A stretch of 64,000 nt of DNA from an uncultured delta proteobacterium (GTDB lineage Bacteria; Desulfobacterota; Binatia; UBA9968): positions 160,001 to 224,000 of the forward strand of contig CAVSLC010000013.1 in assembly GCA_963728565.1 (NCBI GenBank), in the 5' to 3' direction. Of the stretch, positions 18,795-30,119 are shown piece by piece. Every line of letters begins with the position of its first letter. The first letter of the stretch is position 1. A model generated the notes under the pieces. The model saw only the letters and a list, made by a program, of their open reading frames with translations, had not been told where the DNA came from and searched no databases. The position numbers were made by a program, and so were the translations under genes.

Positions 18795-21700
18795 TTAATG
18801 AAAATCCCGGCTTGACGATTTGGCGGGCTGGGTGCTTACTTTGGGTTGCCAAAGTTTCTCCGCGACCAGGTGAACGATATTGTCTTCGACCTGGAGGATG
18901 CCGCTGATTCCTAGAAAATTGACCGTCTTTGCCAAAGCCGAGTAACGCTGGAAAACATTTTCCCAGACCACAACATTGACGAATCCGGTTTCATCTTCCA
19001 AAGTCATGAAGACGATCCCGCCGGCGGTTCCTGGACGTTGACGACAAATCACTAAACCGGCGTAGTGAACCTTTTCGCCGTTTCGTTTAGCGGCGATTGA
19101 ACGGGCATCCGGCAATCCCTGAGCAGCAAGCATACCGCGAAAAGGTTGCAGCGGATGGCGCCGAACGCTGTGCGAGCTCGTCCGATAGTCCCAGCTCACT
19201 TCCTCGAACTCATTCAATGGCTCAAATTTTGGGTCGGCTTCCTGGGTCGGTAAGCGCAGCGAATGGCCTCTTAACTGTACCCATCGCCGGCCATTCCACA
19301 ATGCTGTACGGCGATCGATTCCCAGGTTCTCGAATGCGCCGGCTTCCGCTAACAAAGCGAGACTGCTTTCACTGAGATCTGTGCGCCGGACAAAATCTTC
19401 CAGCGATTCAAATGAACGCGCCTGCCGTGCGTGTGAGATCCTATCCCAGTCGCGCTCTGCTAAACCTTTGATGTATCGCAGGCCCATGCGCACCGCGAAG
19501 CCTCCGGCACTGTCAACGCAATTCTCCAACGTGCAGTCCCAATCACTGGCTTGCGCATCGATCGGCCGGACCAACAGCCCATGACGCTTGGCATCTTCGA
19601 CAATCGTCGCCGGCAGGTAAAAGCCCATCGGCTGAGCATTTAACAGAGAACAGGTAAATTCCGCCGGATAATGGCATCGTAGCCATGCCGTGGCATAGGC
19701 AATCAAGGCAAAACTGGCGGCATGGCTTTCAGGAAAACCGTATTCTCCGAAGCCGCGGATCTGCTCGAAAACTCTTTCGGCGAATTCCAACGCGATCCCT
19801 TTGGCTTGCATCCGTGTGATCAACCGCTCGCGATGACGTTCCATCCGGCCGCTACGGTGCCAAGCGGCCATATCCCGTCGCAATTGATCCGCCTCTCCCG
19901 GGGTATAATCGGCGGCAACCACGGCCAAGCGCATGACCTGTTCCTGAAAAAGCGGCACGCCGAGTGTTTTTTCCAACACCGGAACTAAACTCTCATGCGG
20001 AAATTCAACCGGCTCTTTCCCCTGTCGCCGGCGCAAATAAGGATGAACCATACCGCCGGTGATCGGCCCTGGGCGGACGATGCTGATTTGAATCACCAGA
20101 TCGTAAAAAGTTTTTGGCCGAAGCCGGGGCAACATCGCCATCTGGGCGCGGCTTTCAATCTGAAAAACACCCACGGTCTCGCTACGGCAGATCATCTCAA
20201 AGGTCGCTCCATCCTTGCCCGGAATGGTCGCCATAGATAGCTCTTCGCGGCGATGCTCGCGCAACAGCTTAAAACAGAGATTGAGCTGAGTTAAGCTGCC
20301 AAGCCCGAGCAGATCCACCTTGAATAAGCCAAGATCTTCGAGATCATTTTTATCCCACTGAATCACGGTGCGTCCGGCCATGCTGCCGTTCTCAATCGGA
20401 ACGATGTCATGCACTGGTTCGTGACCCAGAAGAAAGCCGCCGGGGTGGATCGACAGATGACGTGGACAGTCTAAAATCTCGTTACTCAGTTGGAGCAGCT
20501 GGCTGTGCAGGCCCACCGTCGGATCAATGCCCGTCTGTTGCAGCATTTCAGGCCGAATATGCTCATAAGGTGATAGAAATTTGGCGGCGCGATCGAGAGA
20601 AGTCTCGGATAGCCCCAAAGCCTTACCGACATCCCGCAACGCCGAGCGCGATCGGTAGCGTACAATGTTGGCTGCCATGGCGGCGCGCTCGCGGCCGTAT
20701 TTTTCGTAGACGTGCCGGATCACTTCTTCGCGCCGGTTATGCTCGATATCGAGATCGATATCCGGCGGCTCGGCGCGTTCTTTGGAGATAAACCGTTCAA
20801 ACAACAAGCCGATGCGCGCCGGATCGACGGCAGTAACGCCCAGGCAATAACAAACGGCGGAATTTGCCGCTGAGCCGCGCCCCTGGCAGAGGATGCCGTT
20901 GGCGCGGCAGAACTCGACGATCTCCCACATCGTCAAAAAATAGCCCGGGTAGTCGAGGCTCTCGATCACCTCCAGCTCTTTTTCTAATTGCTCGACAATG
21001 TCACCCGGAATCTCTTCACCATAACGCCAGTGCGCTCCTTTAAACGTAAGCTGGCGCAGCCACTGCGCCGATGTGGTGCCGTCGGGCAGTCGTTCCGATG
21101 GATAGCGATAACGGATTTCATCCAGTGAAAACCGACAACGTTCGGCGACTTCGAGAGTGCGGGCGACGGCGGCTGGATCATCAGCAAAGAGGCGGGCAAA
21201 TGCGTAAGGCGATTTTAACCCGTATTCGGCATTGGATTTTAACCTGCGGCCGCAGGAAGCCACCGGTATGCCATGACGTATCGCGGTCAACACATCCTGC
21301 AGCGGCCGGCGCGCGGAGCTATGGTAGAGAATTTCATTGGCCGCGACTAAAGGGAAGACATATCGCCGGGCTCGCTCTCGCAACCGGGCTTCCTGGCGGA
21401 TCTCTTCTTCACGCCTGTGGCGAGCGATCATACCGTACAGCCGATCGCCGAACGCATCGCGCACCGCATCGATGACACCAGCCGGTTCCTGCTCACCAAT
21501 GAGCAGGCTCGAATCGCCGCCCCAGAGGGCAATCAGGTCGGGTGCATGCTGGCAAACCTCGTTCCAGGAAACGCTGCTTTCCCCTTTCTCCGATCGCAGC
21601 CGGCCGCCGGTCAGGAGGCGGCAGAGATTGGCGTAACCGGCGCGATTCTGCGCCAGCAGAACAATCGACGAACCATCGTCGATGGAGATCTGCGAGCCAA

Positions 21701-21890
21701 AAATCAATCTGAACCCAAACTCCCGCGCTTTAACGTGCGCGCGCACGATGCCATAAACACCATCCCTATCGGTCACCGCGAGAGCCGGCAGCCCGAACCG
21801 GTATGATTCCTCGACCAACTCGTCGGGATGGCTGGCGCCCTCGAGAAAAGAGAAATTAGTTTTGCACCAAAGCGGAACGTAGGAAGACAT
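18795..21890 (-). CDS. dnaE2: error-prone DNA polymerase DnaE2 (ImuC)
   Basis: [39 protein letters not shown]-terminal SRDFH. Confidence 0.96.
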   Translation of the reverse strand: MSSYVPLWCKTNFSFLEGASHPDELVEESYRFGLPALAVTDRDGVYGIVRAHVKAREFGFRLIFGSQISIDDGSSIVLLAQNRAGYANLCRLLTGGRLRSEKGESSVSWNEVCQHAPDLIALWGGDSSLLIGEQEPAGVIDAVRDAFGDRLYGMIARHRREEEIRQEARLRERARRYVFPLVAANEILYHSSARRPLQDVLTAIRHGIPVASCGRRLKSNAEYGLKSPYAFARLFADDPAAVARTLEVAERCRFSLDEIRYRYPSERLPDGTTSAQWLRQLTFKGAHWRYGEEIPGDIVEQLEKELEVIESLDYPGYFLTMWEIVEFCRANGILCQGRGSAANSAVCYCLGVTAVDPARIGLLFERFISKERAEPPDIDLDIEHNRREEVIRHVYEKYGRERAAMAANIVRYRSRSALRDVGKALGLSETSLDRAAKFLSPYEHIRPEMLQQTGIDPTVGLHSQLLQLSNEILDCPRHLSIHPGGFLLGHEPVHDIVPIENGSMAGRTVIQWDKNDLEDLGLFKVDLLGLGSLTQLNLCFKLLREHRREELSMATIPGKDGATFEMICRSETVGVFQIESRAQMAMLPRLRPKTFYDLVIQISIVRPGPITGGMVHPYLRRRQGKEPVEFPHESLVPVLEKTLGVPLFQEQVMRLAVVAADYTPGEADQLRRDMAAWHRSGRMERHRERLITRMQAKGIALEFAERVFEQIRGFGEYGFPESHAASFALIAYATAWLRCHYPAEFTCSLLNAQPMGFYLPATIVEDAKRHGLLVRPIDAQASDWDCTLENCVDSAGGFAVRMGLRYIKGLAERDWDRISHARQARSFESLEDFVRRTDLSESSLALLAEAGAFENLGIDRRTALWNGRRWVQLRGHSLRLPTQEADPKFEPLNEFEEVSWDYRTSSHSVRRHPLQPFRGMLAAQGLPDARSIAAKRNGEKVHYAGLVICRQRPGTAGGIVFMTLEDETGFVNVVVWENVFQRYSALAKTVNFLGISGILQVEDNIVHLVAEKLWQPKVSTQPAKSSSRDFH

Positions 21891-22084
21891 GTTGGGTTAT
21901 TCAGATTTATGCTAACGCATGATCGGGCCGCGTGCCGATATTTTTCGATAAGCAGCGGAAGCCGTTCCCTGATAAGAGAATATTCGTGGGCATCCGCATC
22001 GTCAATCGTACCTTGGTTGTCGGTTGGGGCTTCAGCGACGGATCGACGAGCTTGAACGTTCAATCTCCAGCCCCGGGAGCTGCC

Positions 22085-22984
22085 TTAATCAGACAATCGA
22101 ACCCGGGCAGCCTCTGAAATTGCAACCACCGCCGGATGCTTAAGCTTGCGATCCAGAGAAATAGCATAAAACCGCTCGCGAATATTTCCCACCCGCCCGA
22201 GGGCTTTTACATCGTATTCCCGTTGCATCTCGGCGCTGATAATCGAAGGGGCGACGAAGAGACCAAGACCTCGCGCTCCGAACACCTTCAAGAGCGCGCT
22301 GTCCTCAAATTCCGCAATGATCATCGGCCGGATCTTCTCGGAATCGAACCATTGATCCAAGGAGCGGCGCACGGTGGTATTATGAGTAGGCAACAAAAAG
22401 GGCGCGCCGTCGAGGGACTGCGGAAAGCCACGGCGATAGGCATTGACCAATTTCTGTGTTGCGAACAGGATTAAACCGCACTCTCCCAGTAAATGATTGA
22501 ATGCCTTGACGTTGACCGCAGGATCTATCGGAGCATCAGTCAGGACGACGTCGAGATCATGGACGGCTAGCGATGACAGCAGGTCACCGTTGCCACCCTC
22601 CCGGCAAATGATTCGATATGATTCTTTAAATGCCAGGGCAGGTTCGATCAACTTGTACGCTACTAACTTAGGCAATACATCCGCAACGCCGACAGTCAAC
22701 CGGGCGACACGTCCCCCGGCACGGCCTTTGAGAGCGCCGGTCAACTCCCGCCCTAAAGAAAAGATCTCCTCGGCATAACGAAAAACGACCTTGCCCATAT
22801 CCGTCAGAGTCAGATGCCTCCCGCTCTTGCGGAAAAGCTTCTCGCCAATGGCCAACTCCAACGATTTGACTTGGGCGCTGACCGTGGCTTGAGTCAAGCG
22901 GAGTTCCTCGCCGGCGCGCGAAACACTGCCGCAACGAGCGACGTTCCAAAAATAAAAAAGATGATGATAGTTGAGCCATTCCAT
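22085..22984 (-). CDS. nhaR: LysR-family transcriptional activator NhaR
   Basis: LNYHHL.YFW.VA, EFEDSALLKVFG, HPAVVAI. Confidence 0.85.
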   Translation of the reverse strand: MEWLNYHHLFYFWNVARCGSVSRAGEELRLTQATVSAQVKSLELAIGEKLFRKSGRHLTLTDMGKVVFRYAEEIFSLGRELTGALKGRAGGRVARLTVGVADVLPKLVAYKLIEPALAFKESYRIICREGGNGDLLSSLAVHDLDVVLTDAPIDPAVNVKAFNHLLGECGLILFATQKLVNAYRRGFPQSLDGAPFLLPTHNTTVRRSLDQWFDSEKIRPMIIAEFEDSALLKVFGARGLGLFVAPSIISAEMQREYDVKALGRVGNIRERFYAISLDRKLKHPAVVAISEAARVRLSD

Positions 22985-23104
22985 AGGGCCTGGATGATAG
23001 TTCGATTTTTTCTATGGATCAATAAGAAATTATTAATTTGTCGAATGATTGCGCCGGTCTTATGGTTGGACAGAATCTGTGTGTCGCGAAAGGAAAGCAA
23101 TGCC

Positions 23105-23533
23105 ATGTCAGCGATTCGCAACTTGTTTTCTTCAGAAGATAGCGGACGGCTTTTCGAACCCGATACTGTTCTCAGCGCGCAATACTACGCATCTCATAAA
23201 GTTAGTCCGTATAAGCAGCCGGAGCTCCGCTTGATGGCTGCGGTACTCGAGGATGCGATCTCCTGCTTGTCGCTAAAAACACGTTCCGCTACAGCCCGAC
23301 AACGAAAACAAATTGACAACGCCTGGGAGTGGTTCGCAGCAGAGGATGATAGCGAATGGATTTTCTCATTCAAGAACATCTGTGAGGCTTTAGGGATCGA
23401 TCCAGCATACTTGCGCCGCGGCTTGATTCGATGGAACGGCGGAACGGAATCAGCTTCCGCCGGGGCCCGGCCAAGTGCTAGAGCCGCATCCTCAGCGCGG
23501 CCGACAAAAATCAGACTGCGCGCCGGCTCATGA
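23105..23533 (+). CDS. conserved hypothetical protein
   Basis: LFEPD...QY, ELRLMAAVLEDAI, W.FSF.NICEALGIDP.YLRRGL; divergent from nhaR. Confidence 0.7.
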   Translation: MSAIRNLFSSEDSGRLFEPDTVLSAQYYASHKVSPYKQPELRLMAAVLEDAISCLSLKTRSATARQRKQIDNAWEWFAAEDDSEWIFSFKNICEALGIDPAYLRRGLIRWNGGTESASAGARPSARAASSARPTKIRLRAGS

Positions 23534-23918
23534 CCGCCCGGAATAGACTGCGCGAAATTCGACCGTAAACGCGAGTGATTCAATTCACCGAGAAGCTGGA
23601 CAACTCCGGCAAGTATAGCCGTCGTCCATCCGATTCATCTGCAAGCGCCATTTCGAATACATCGGACAGATTGGCGGCTGTACTCGGTACGCAAGATACT
23701 CCCTTGGCGCTGTGGGTATTGTTTTGGAGATCCTGCCCGGGTTCATTTGCCTCAAGCTGCGCTTATCGTCCGTCGCGTCTAAATTCAGCGCTCTAGATCA
23801 TTCCAGCTACACGTTTCAAGCCGGCGATAAAAAGACGCCGCGATTGTCTTGACATCGGGCGAAGCAGAACGATAGAACGAGCCTGTCATCGCTAAATGAC
23901 TGGCCAAAGGAGACCGTT

Positions 23919-25451
23919 ATGTCGCCAATGTTTCGAAAATTCTGCCTGCTGATGTCGTTGACGTCGATCATCCTCATCGCTGGCGTGGAGCGACCGTCAG
24001 CTCAAACCCGGGTTTCAATCGGCGTCACGGAAACCATTGAGACAGTCAATCCATACGGCGACAGCGTCTCGCTCCTGTACGGTATTTGGAGCGAAATCAC
24101 CGGACCGTTTTGCACCTACAATTATGACAAAGGAGATTTCGAAGGGCGCCTCGCCGAGCGTTGGAAGGTGGAGAACCCGAACACCTGGGTTTTCTATCTG
24201 AACAAAAGCTATCGCTTCAACGACGGTTCCGAAGTGACCGCCGACGACGTTGTCCATTCGATGATGAATCGGGTCATCAAGGATCCGCAATCCAAGCAGA
24301 AAGCATCGGTGGCGGGCCCCATCGTCAAAGCAGAGGCTGTCGATAAGCACACTGTAAGATTTACCACTGATAAACCTTCGGCGCCGCTGCTCGGCTTTGT
24401 TTGTGACCGGCTAATCGTGACGAGCAAGGCGATATTCGATAAATTTGGCCGCGATGTCGCCGACAAGGAGCATATGCTTGGCGCAGGCCCATACCGGCTC
24501 AAGGAACTTATTCCCGGCCAGCGTATGGTCATCGTCAAGCGCTCGGATCATCCAGAGGCGAAAAAACGTCCGAACGCTCCGGATGAAATCGTTTATCGCG
24601 TCATGCGCGAGACCGAACAACGGGTCACCGCATTGCTCAACGGGGAAATTCAGATCGCTCAATTCATCCCACCGCACTTGCGCCAGCGTGTCGAGAAATC
24701 GCCCAACTTAAAGATTATCCCCACCGACTCAGTCGAGATCATGTTTCTCGCCATGCAACCCAAGCCTCCCTTCGATAAAAAAGAAGTGCGCCAGGCGGTT
24801 TGTCATGCAATCAACCGCGACCAGATCATCAGTACCCTGCTGGAAGGATTCGCCAGCCGTCTCGACGGACCCATCGGTCCCGGACAGTATGGTTACGATC
24901 CTAATTTGAAACCGAAGTTGGATTACGATCCGGAACGATCGAAGAAACTCTTGGCGCAAGCAGGCTATCCTAACGGCGTCGATGTAGAGCTCCAGACTCC
25001 CGTAGGACGTTATACCTTGGACAAACAACTGACCGAAGCGATGATCCCCATGCTAAATGCCGCTGGATTCCGCGCCAAACTCTCGACTCCCGAGTGGCCG
25101 ACACTTTGGGCCAATGTTCAAAAGGGAACCGTGCCTTTTTATTACATGGGCCGTGGTTCGGTTCAGGATCCCAGCGCCGCGCTGCACCAGTACTTTCATT
25201 CCAAAGAGACGCCGCGGATCGGCTATTCTAATTCCAAGCTCGATGAACTCTTGGACAAGGAACAGGCCGAGTTCGATCCAAAAAAACGCCGGCAATACCT
25301 GTCCGAGGCGATGAGTCTCATCACCGAGGAAGCGCCGGCCTGTTTTATGTGGCGCCACAAACTTCTCTGGGGCATGAACAATCGTATCGACTACAAACCG
25401 CTGCCGGATGCGCGGATCTTCGGCATGGATATCAAAGTGGTAAAAAAGTAG
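23919..25451 (+). CDS. ABC transporter substrate-binding protein, family 5 (Dpp/Opp-like)
   Basis: Signal peptide, LAE.W, F.DGS.VTADDV, G.GPY.L, VRQA..HAINR. Confidence 0.9.
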   Translation: MSPMFRKFCLLMSLTSIILIAGVERPSAQTRVSIGVTETIETVNPYGDSVSLLYGIWSEITGPFCTYNYDKGDFEGRLAERWKVENPNTWVFYLNKSYRFNDGSEVTADDVVHSMMNRVIKDPQSKQKASVAGPIVKAEAVDKHTVRFTTDKPSAPLLGFVCDRLIVTSKAIFDKFGRDVADKEHMLGAGPYRLKELIPGQRMVIVKRSDHPEAKKRPNAPDEIVYRVMRETEQRVTALLNGEIQIAQFIPPHLRQRVEKSPNLKIIPTDSVEIMFLAMQPKPPFDKKEVRQAVCHAINRDQIISTLLEGFASRLDGPIGPGQYGYDPNLKPKLDYDPERSKKLLAQAGYPNGVDVELQTPVGRYTLDKQLTEAMIPMLNAAGFRAKLSTPEWPTLWANVQKGTVPFYYMGRGSVQDPSAALHQYFHSKETPRIGYSNSKLDELLDKEQAEFDPKKRRQYLSEAMSLITEEAPACFMWRHKLLWGMNNRIDYKPLPDARIFGMDIKVVKK

Positions 25452-25507
25452 CGGCTGCCATTGTAGTGGGTGAACCAGGATTATAAATCTGGACCAAAGG
25501 CGCACGG

Positions 25508-26386
25508 ATGACCGGAGAAAAATTCGTCGACGTAGACGGCATAAGAACACGCTATTTCGACAAAGGCGACGGACCGGTCGTCGTATTGTTTCACGGCGGC
25601 CATTTTGGTTCCAACGACGCGGCCGATTGCGCTGAAGACTGGGGCCTGAACTTTGACGGACTGGCTAAGTGGTTCCACGTTTATGCGGTAGACAAGATCG
25701 GTCAAGGCCATACCGACAATCCTAAAACGGATGACGATTACACCATGTCGACCGTGGTTCGGCACGCTTACGGTTTTCTTAAAGCTCTCAATCTGCGCAA
25801 CGTCCATCCCGTGGGGCATTCCCGGGGCGCGTATTTGGTAGCGCGACTGACCTTGGAACATCCCGAGCTCTTTCGATCGTGTATTTTGGCGGACACGAAT
25901 ACTCTGGCGCCCGGCATCAGTAAAAACGAGACGGTCATGGCAAACCCGCCGCTGCCACGGCTGAGCCGAGAGAGCCAACGGTGGGTGCTGCAGCGGTACT
26001 CCTTCGCCTTCGAGCACATCACCGAGGAATGGCTCGAGGCGATGATGCGGATTGCGGCGCTGCAGAAATACCAGGAAGCAGTGACCAAGATGGAAAACGC
26101 GGGTCTCAGAACAATCCGCTTTCTACCCCATCTGGCTAGGCAGAAGGACGAAACGCTAGGATGGATCCGGGAGCGCGGCTTGGCCAAGCCGACCTTACTG
26201 GTTTGGGGTTACAACGATCCCACGGCGACGTTGGATCAAGGTCAGGCTTTGTTCGACCTGCTTGCGCGTAGTACGCCGGATTCGCGGATGCAGGTTTTCA
26301 ATCGGGCCGGTCATTTTACCTATCGGGAGCACCCGGTCGAATTCAATGAGTTGCTGCGATCGTTTATCCAGCGAAACAGCGGGTAA
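25508..26386 (+). CDS. alpha/beta hydrolase (C-C hydrolase-like)
   Basis: HGG, GHSRG nucleophile elbow, WGYND, AGHF. Confidence 0.88.
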   Translation: MTGEKFVDVDGIRTRYFDKGDGPVVVLFHGGHFGSNDAADCAEDWGLNFDGLAKWFHVYAVDKIGQGHTDNPKTDDDYTMSTVVRHAYGFLKALNLRNVHPVGHSRGAYLVARLTLEHPELFRSCILADTNTLAPGISKNETVMANPPLPRLSRESQRWVLQRYSFAFEHITEEWLEAMMRIAALQKYQEAVTKMENAGLRTIRFLPHLARQKDETLGWIRERGLAKPTLLVWGYNDPTATLDQGQALFDLLARSTPDSRMQVFNRAGHFTYREHPVEFNELLRSFIQRNSG

Positions 26387-26435
26387 ACGCGAACAGATGG
26401 CGAGAAATTCGTAAACGTTTGAAAGATTCGATAAG

Positions 26436-27437
26436 GTGGCAAGTTATCTCCTTCATCGACTCGCTGGCACGATTCCAGTTCTTCTTCTCATTAGTCTGCT
26501 TGTTTTCCTGCTCATTCATGCGGCGCCGGGCGATCCAACGCTGCTCCTCCTGGGGGAAGAAACCAATGCGGCGGAAGTCGCTAGGGCCAAGGAGCGTTGG
26601 GGATTGGATCGGCCGTTGTACGTTCAGTATCTCAAATTTCTCAACTCGGCGGTTGCCGGAGATTTCGGCAAGTCTTTTAAATACGGCGAGGCGGTGACTA
26701 GTGTCATCAAATCGCGACTGCCTGCGACTATAGAGCTGGCGGTTTTCTCTATCATTATCGCAACTTGTCTGGCCATTCCATTAGGGGTATGGGCTGGCTC
26801 GCGACCCAATTCATGGCTCGACAATTTCGGAACGACGTTCGGCCTTTTCGGGATCAGCATGCCCAGCTTCTGGCTTGCCATCATGCTGATTCTGCTTATG
26901 GCCGGGATCCTCAATCTCCTGCCGACCTCCGGGCGCAGTACCTACGGTGTCGCTGGACCCGAACAGACCGGTTTCTACATACTGGATAGTCTTCTGCAGC
27001 AAAACTGGCCGGCGGCTTGGGATGCGCTCAGACACATTTTGTTGCCGGCCTTGGCCCTCGGCGTCAATATGCTGGGAATCTTAATGCGCGTTACACGGTC
27101 GTCAATTCTTGAGGTGATGAACGAAGAGTACGTCACCACCGCCCGCGCAAAGGGATTGGCGGAACGTAGAGTCGTCTGGCGCCACGTCATTAGCAACGCT
27201 CTGATCCCGGTGATTACAGTGGTGGGCCTGGAGCTTGGGACTCTGCTAAGCGGCTCGATCATCGTAGAAACCGTGTTCGCATGGCCAGGCAGTGGCAGTC
27301 TGCTGATTACCGCTCTTAATTCGCGCGACTATCCTCTGGTCACGGGTCTGGTGATGAGCTATACCGTGGCATTTGTCATCATTAATCTAATTATCGATGG
27401 ATTATATGCGGTCATTGACCCTCGAATCCGCTTCTGA
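26436..27437 (+). CDS. ABC permease (DppB-like)
   Basis: PGDP, RLPAT.EL, TARAKGL, ETVFAWPG, DPRIR. Confidence 0.92.
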   Translation: MASYLLHRLAGTIPVLLLISLLVFLLIHAAPGDPTLLLLGEETNAAEVARAKERWGLDRPLYVQYLKFLNSAVAGDFGKSFKYGEAVTSVIKSRLPATIELAVFSIIIATCLAIPLGVWAGSRPNSWLDNFGTTFGLFGISMPSFWLAIMLILLMAGILNLLPTSGRSTYGVAGPEQTGFYILDSLLQQNWPAAWDALRHILLPALALGVNMLGILMRVTRSSILEVMNEEYVTTARAKGLAERRVVWRHVISNALIPVITVVGLELGTLLSGSIIVETVFAWPGSGSLLITALNSRDYPLVTGLVMSYTVAFVIINLIIDGLYAVIDPRIRF

Positions 27438-28302
27438 AAAGACTCCCGGCGCAGTCTCGAGCGCGTTAGGACGGCTTCATGCAAAAGCATTCAGCGGCGG
27501 TTCAATCGTCGTGATTTTTATCCTCCTCGGAATCTTCGGTCCGTCGCTCGCGCCCTACGATCCAAACAAGCAGGAACTCACGGCAATGATGAAGCCGCCA
27601 CAAGGGATGGGCGGCGCGCACGTGCTTGGCACAGACAATTTGGGACGTGACATTTTGAGCCGCATTGTTTATGGCGCGCGGGTTTCGCTCCTTGTGGCAT
27701 TTGCGGTGGTTTTCGTTTCCGGCCTCATTGGTGTCCTCCTGGGCGCAATATCCGGATATATCGGTGGCAAAGCCGACTTCCTCATTCAAAAATTGGTGGA
27801 GGTCGTCTGGGCGTTTCCGCCGCTTTTGCTCGGCATCACCATCATGGCCTTCCTTGGTCAGGGTCTAACCAACCTGATCTTCGCCTTGGTTGCGCAGCGC
27901 TGGATTCCTTACTGCCGAGTGGTGCGCGGACAAACTCTCTCCCTGCGCGAGCGCGACTTTGTTATGGCGGCTCGCTGTCTTGGCGCGACCAAAAGCCAGA
28001 TTATCGGGCGCCACATTCTTCCCAATCTGATTCAAACATCGATGGTAATCGGCACCTTTGCGATGGCATCGTCAATTATCGCTGAAGCCAGCTTGAGTTT
28101 TCTCGGTGTCGGTGTGCCGCCGGACATTCCCACGTGGGGTACCATGCTTGCGGATGCGCGCATCTACATCAGCACTTCATGGTGGATGCCGCTGTTTCCC
28201 GGCCTGTGTATCTTCATAACGGTTTTGGGCATAAACCTGCTCGGCGATGCCCTGCGCGACATTCTCGACCCGCGGCTAAAAAGAACCGGCTCCGGCGTTT
28301 AA
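27397..28302 (+). CDS. ABC permease (DppC-like)
   Basis: LGTD.LGRDILSR, RHILPN, EASLSFLG, GDALRD.LDPR; start uncertain. Confidence 0.9.
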   Translation: MDYMRSLTLESASEKTPGAVSSALGRLHAKAFSGGSIVVIFILLGIFGPSLAPYDPNKQELTAMMKPPQGMGGAHVLGTDNLGRDILSRIVYGARVSLLVAFAVVFVSGLIGVLLGAISGYIGGKADFLIQKLVEVVWAFPPLLLGITIMAFLGQGLTNLIFALVAQRWIPYCRVVRGQTLSLRERDFVMAARCLGATKSQIIGRHILPNLIQTSMVIGTFAMASSIIAEASLSFLGVGVPPDIPTWGTMLADARIYISTSWWMPLFPGLCIFITVLGINLLGDALRDILDPRLKRTGSGV

Positions 28303-28426
28303 GGTCGCATCAGCAATTCGGTTAATGCCGCCTTTCCGGATAAAATTCCGTTAGTAGCTAAAGCCTAACCCCACCTCAAGCTGCGCTTTCATTGATTCTC
28401 TTAACAACACATGTAATTTTAATAAA

Positions 28427-29830
28427 ATGCGTAGAACCAAGATCGTTTGCACCATCGGTCCGGCCAGTGCCTCAAGCAAAGTTCTTAAAGGCCTCATTCA
28501 AGCCGGCATGAACGTGGCGCGCCTGAACTTTAGCCACGGCGACTACTCTTTTCACAAACAGGTGATTCAAAACATCCGTCAAATCGCCCGCCGGCTCGAC
28601 AAACCTGTGGCGATCTTGCAGGATTTGGCCGGACCCAAGCTTCGTCTCGGACCGGTGGCTGCCGACCGGGTACGCTTGACGACGCGGCGCCCTTTCGTCC
28701 TGACTACCCGGCAGATTCTCGGTTCTGAGCTGGCGGTTTCGGTCAACTACAAAGGTTTGACCCGCGCGGTAAAGAAAGGCGATCCGATTTTGCTCGGAGA
28801 TGGCGAGATCGAGCTCGAAGCGGTCAAAGTCGGCCCCACTGAAGTGACCTGCAAGATTATCTTCGGAGGCATTCTGGGGTCGCACAAAGGTATTCACTTT
28901 CCGCGCAGCAGTTTGGATGTGCGCTCGCTCACTGCTCGCGATAAGCAGGATCTTGCGTTCGGCATCGAGCAGAAAGTAGATCTGGTTGCTCTGTCTTTTG
29001 TGCGTAACAGCGAAGACATCGTCTATGCGCGGCGCGAGATGAAGTACCGCGGCGCCTCGATCCCGATCATTGCAAAAATCGAGAAACATGAAGCGCTCGA
29101 CCATATTGACGCCATCCTCGAGAAAGTCGACGGCATTATGGTGGCGCGCGGCGATCTAGGTTTAGAGATCGCGCCGGAGAGAATTCCGGCGATGCAAAAG
29201 ATGATGATCCGCAAGGCCAATGCTCTTGGCAAGCCGGTCATCACTGCAACTCAGATGCTACGCTCCATGGTTCAGAACCCGCGCCCGACCCGCGCCGAGG
29301 TCGCAGATATCGCCAATGCTGTGCTGGACGGCACCGATGCGCTGATGCTGTCTGAAGAGTCGGCGGCCGGTGACTACCCGGTCGAGTCGGTGCGAACAAT
29401 GGCCCGAGTCGCGGAAGAGACCGAGCAGATTCTCGAGCCACGTTATCAATTCGCCGGCCGCAGGCAGAGCGTTCCCGAAGCGATCAGTTTTGCAGCGATT
29501 TCCCTGGCGCGAGACTTGAACGTCAAAGCGTTTCTAATTCCTACTTCTTCCGGCAGCACCGCTCGAATGATTTCGCGTTACCGCCCGCCTCATCCGATCA
29601 TTGCAATCAGTCCGGAACCCCAAGCCGTAAAAATGCTTTGTCTGGTTTGGGGCGTCTATCCAGTGCAGGTGCCTGGGTTTCAGAGCACCGATGTGATGTT
29701 GAAAGTCGCGCAGCAAAAATCAGTCAAACTCGGCTTCGTCAAACGCGGCGATCTTGTCGCCATCACCGCCGGCCTTCCGCTGCATCAGGCGGGTACGACT
29801 AACATGATTACCGTCAAAGTTGTCGAGTGA
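28427..29830 (+). CDS. pyk: pyruvate kinase
   Basis: RRTKIVCTIGP, RLNFSHG, IIAKIE, MVARGDLG, TATQML.SM. Confidence 0.97.
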   Translation: MRRTKIVCTIGPASASSKVLKGLIQAGMNVARLNFSHGDYSFHKQVIQNIRQIARRLDKPVAILQDLAGPKLRLGPVAADRVRLTTRRPFVLTTRQILGSELAVSVNYKGLTRAVKKGDPILLGDGEIELEAVKVGPTEVTCKIIFGGILGSHKGIHFPRSSLDVRSLTARDKQDLAFGIEQKVDLVALSFVRNSEDIVYARREMKYRGASIPIIAKIEKHEALDHIDAILEKVDGIMVARGDLGLEIAPERIPAMQKMMIRKANALGKPVITATQMLRSMVQNPRPTRAEVADIANAVLDGTDALMLSEESAAGDYPVESVRTMARVAEETEQILEPRYQFAGRRQSVPEAISFAAISLARDLNVKAFLIPTSSGSTARMISRYRPPHPIIAISPEPQAVKMLCLVWGVYPVQVPGFQSTDVMLKVAQQKSVKLGFVKRGDLVAITAGLPLHQAGTTNMITVKVVE

Positions 29831-30119
29831 TTGTTGCCGCCGCGGGCAATTTCCATCTGAGAACTCTTGGATCCGGCGATGGTTTTGGCCATGCCATAAA
29901 TTATAGGGCGGGTTGGCACCTGCCCTATCGGCAACTGGCAATGCTAACGCACCGACTTGCGCGTCCCTTCATCTTCATTCCTTCATAGCGCATCGATTTT
30001 TTCATTTAACGGCACCGTTAGCTTCCCGTTCTGTTTCTCTGGACTATCGAAGTCACGCCTTGCAAGCGTGACTCAAAGTGGGCTAGAACCACAATCAATC
30101 ACCATGGAGGTAACGAGCC

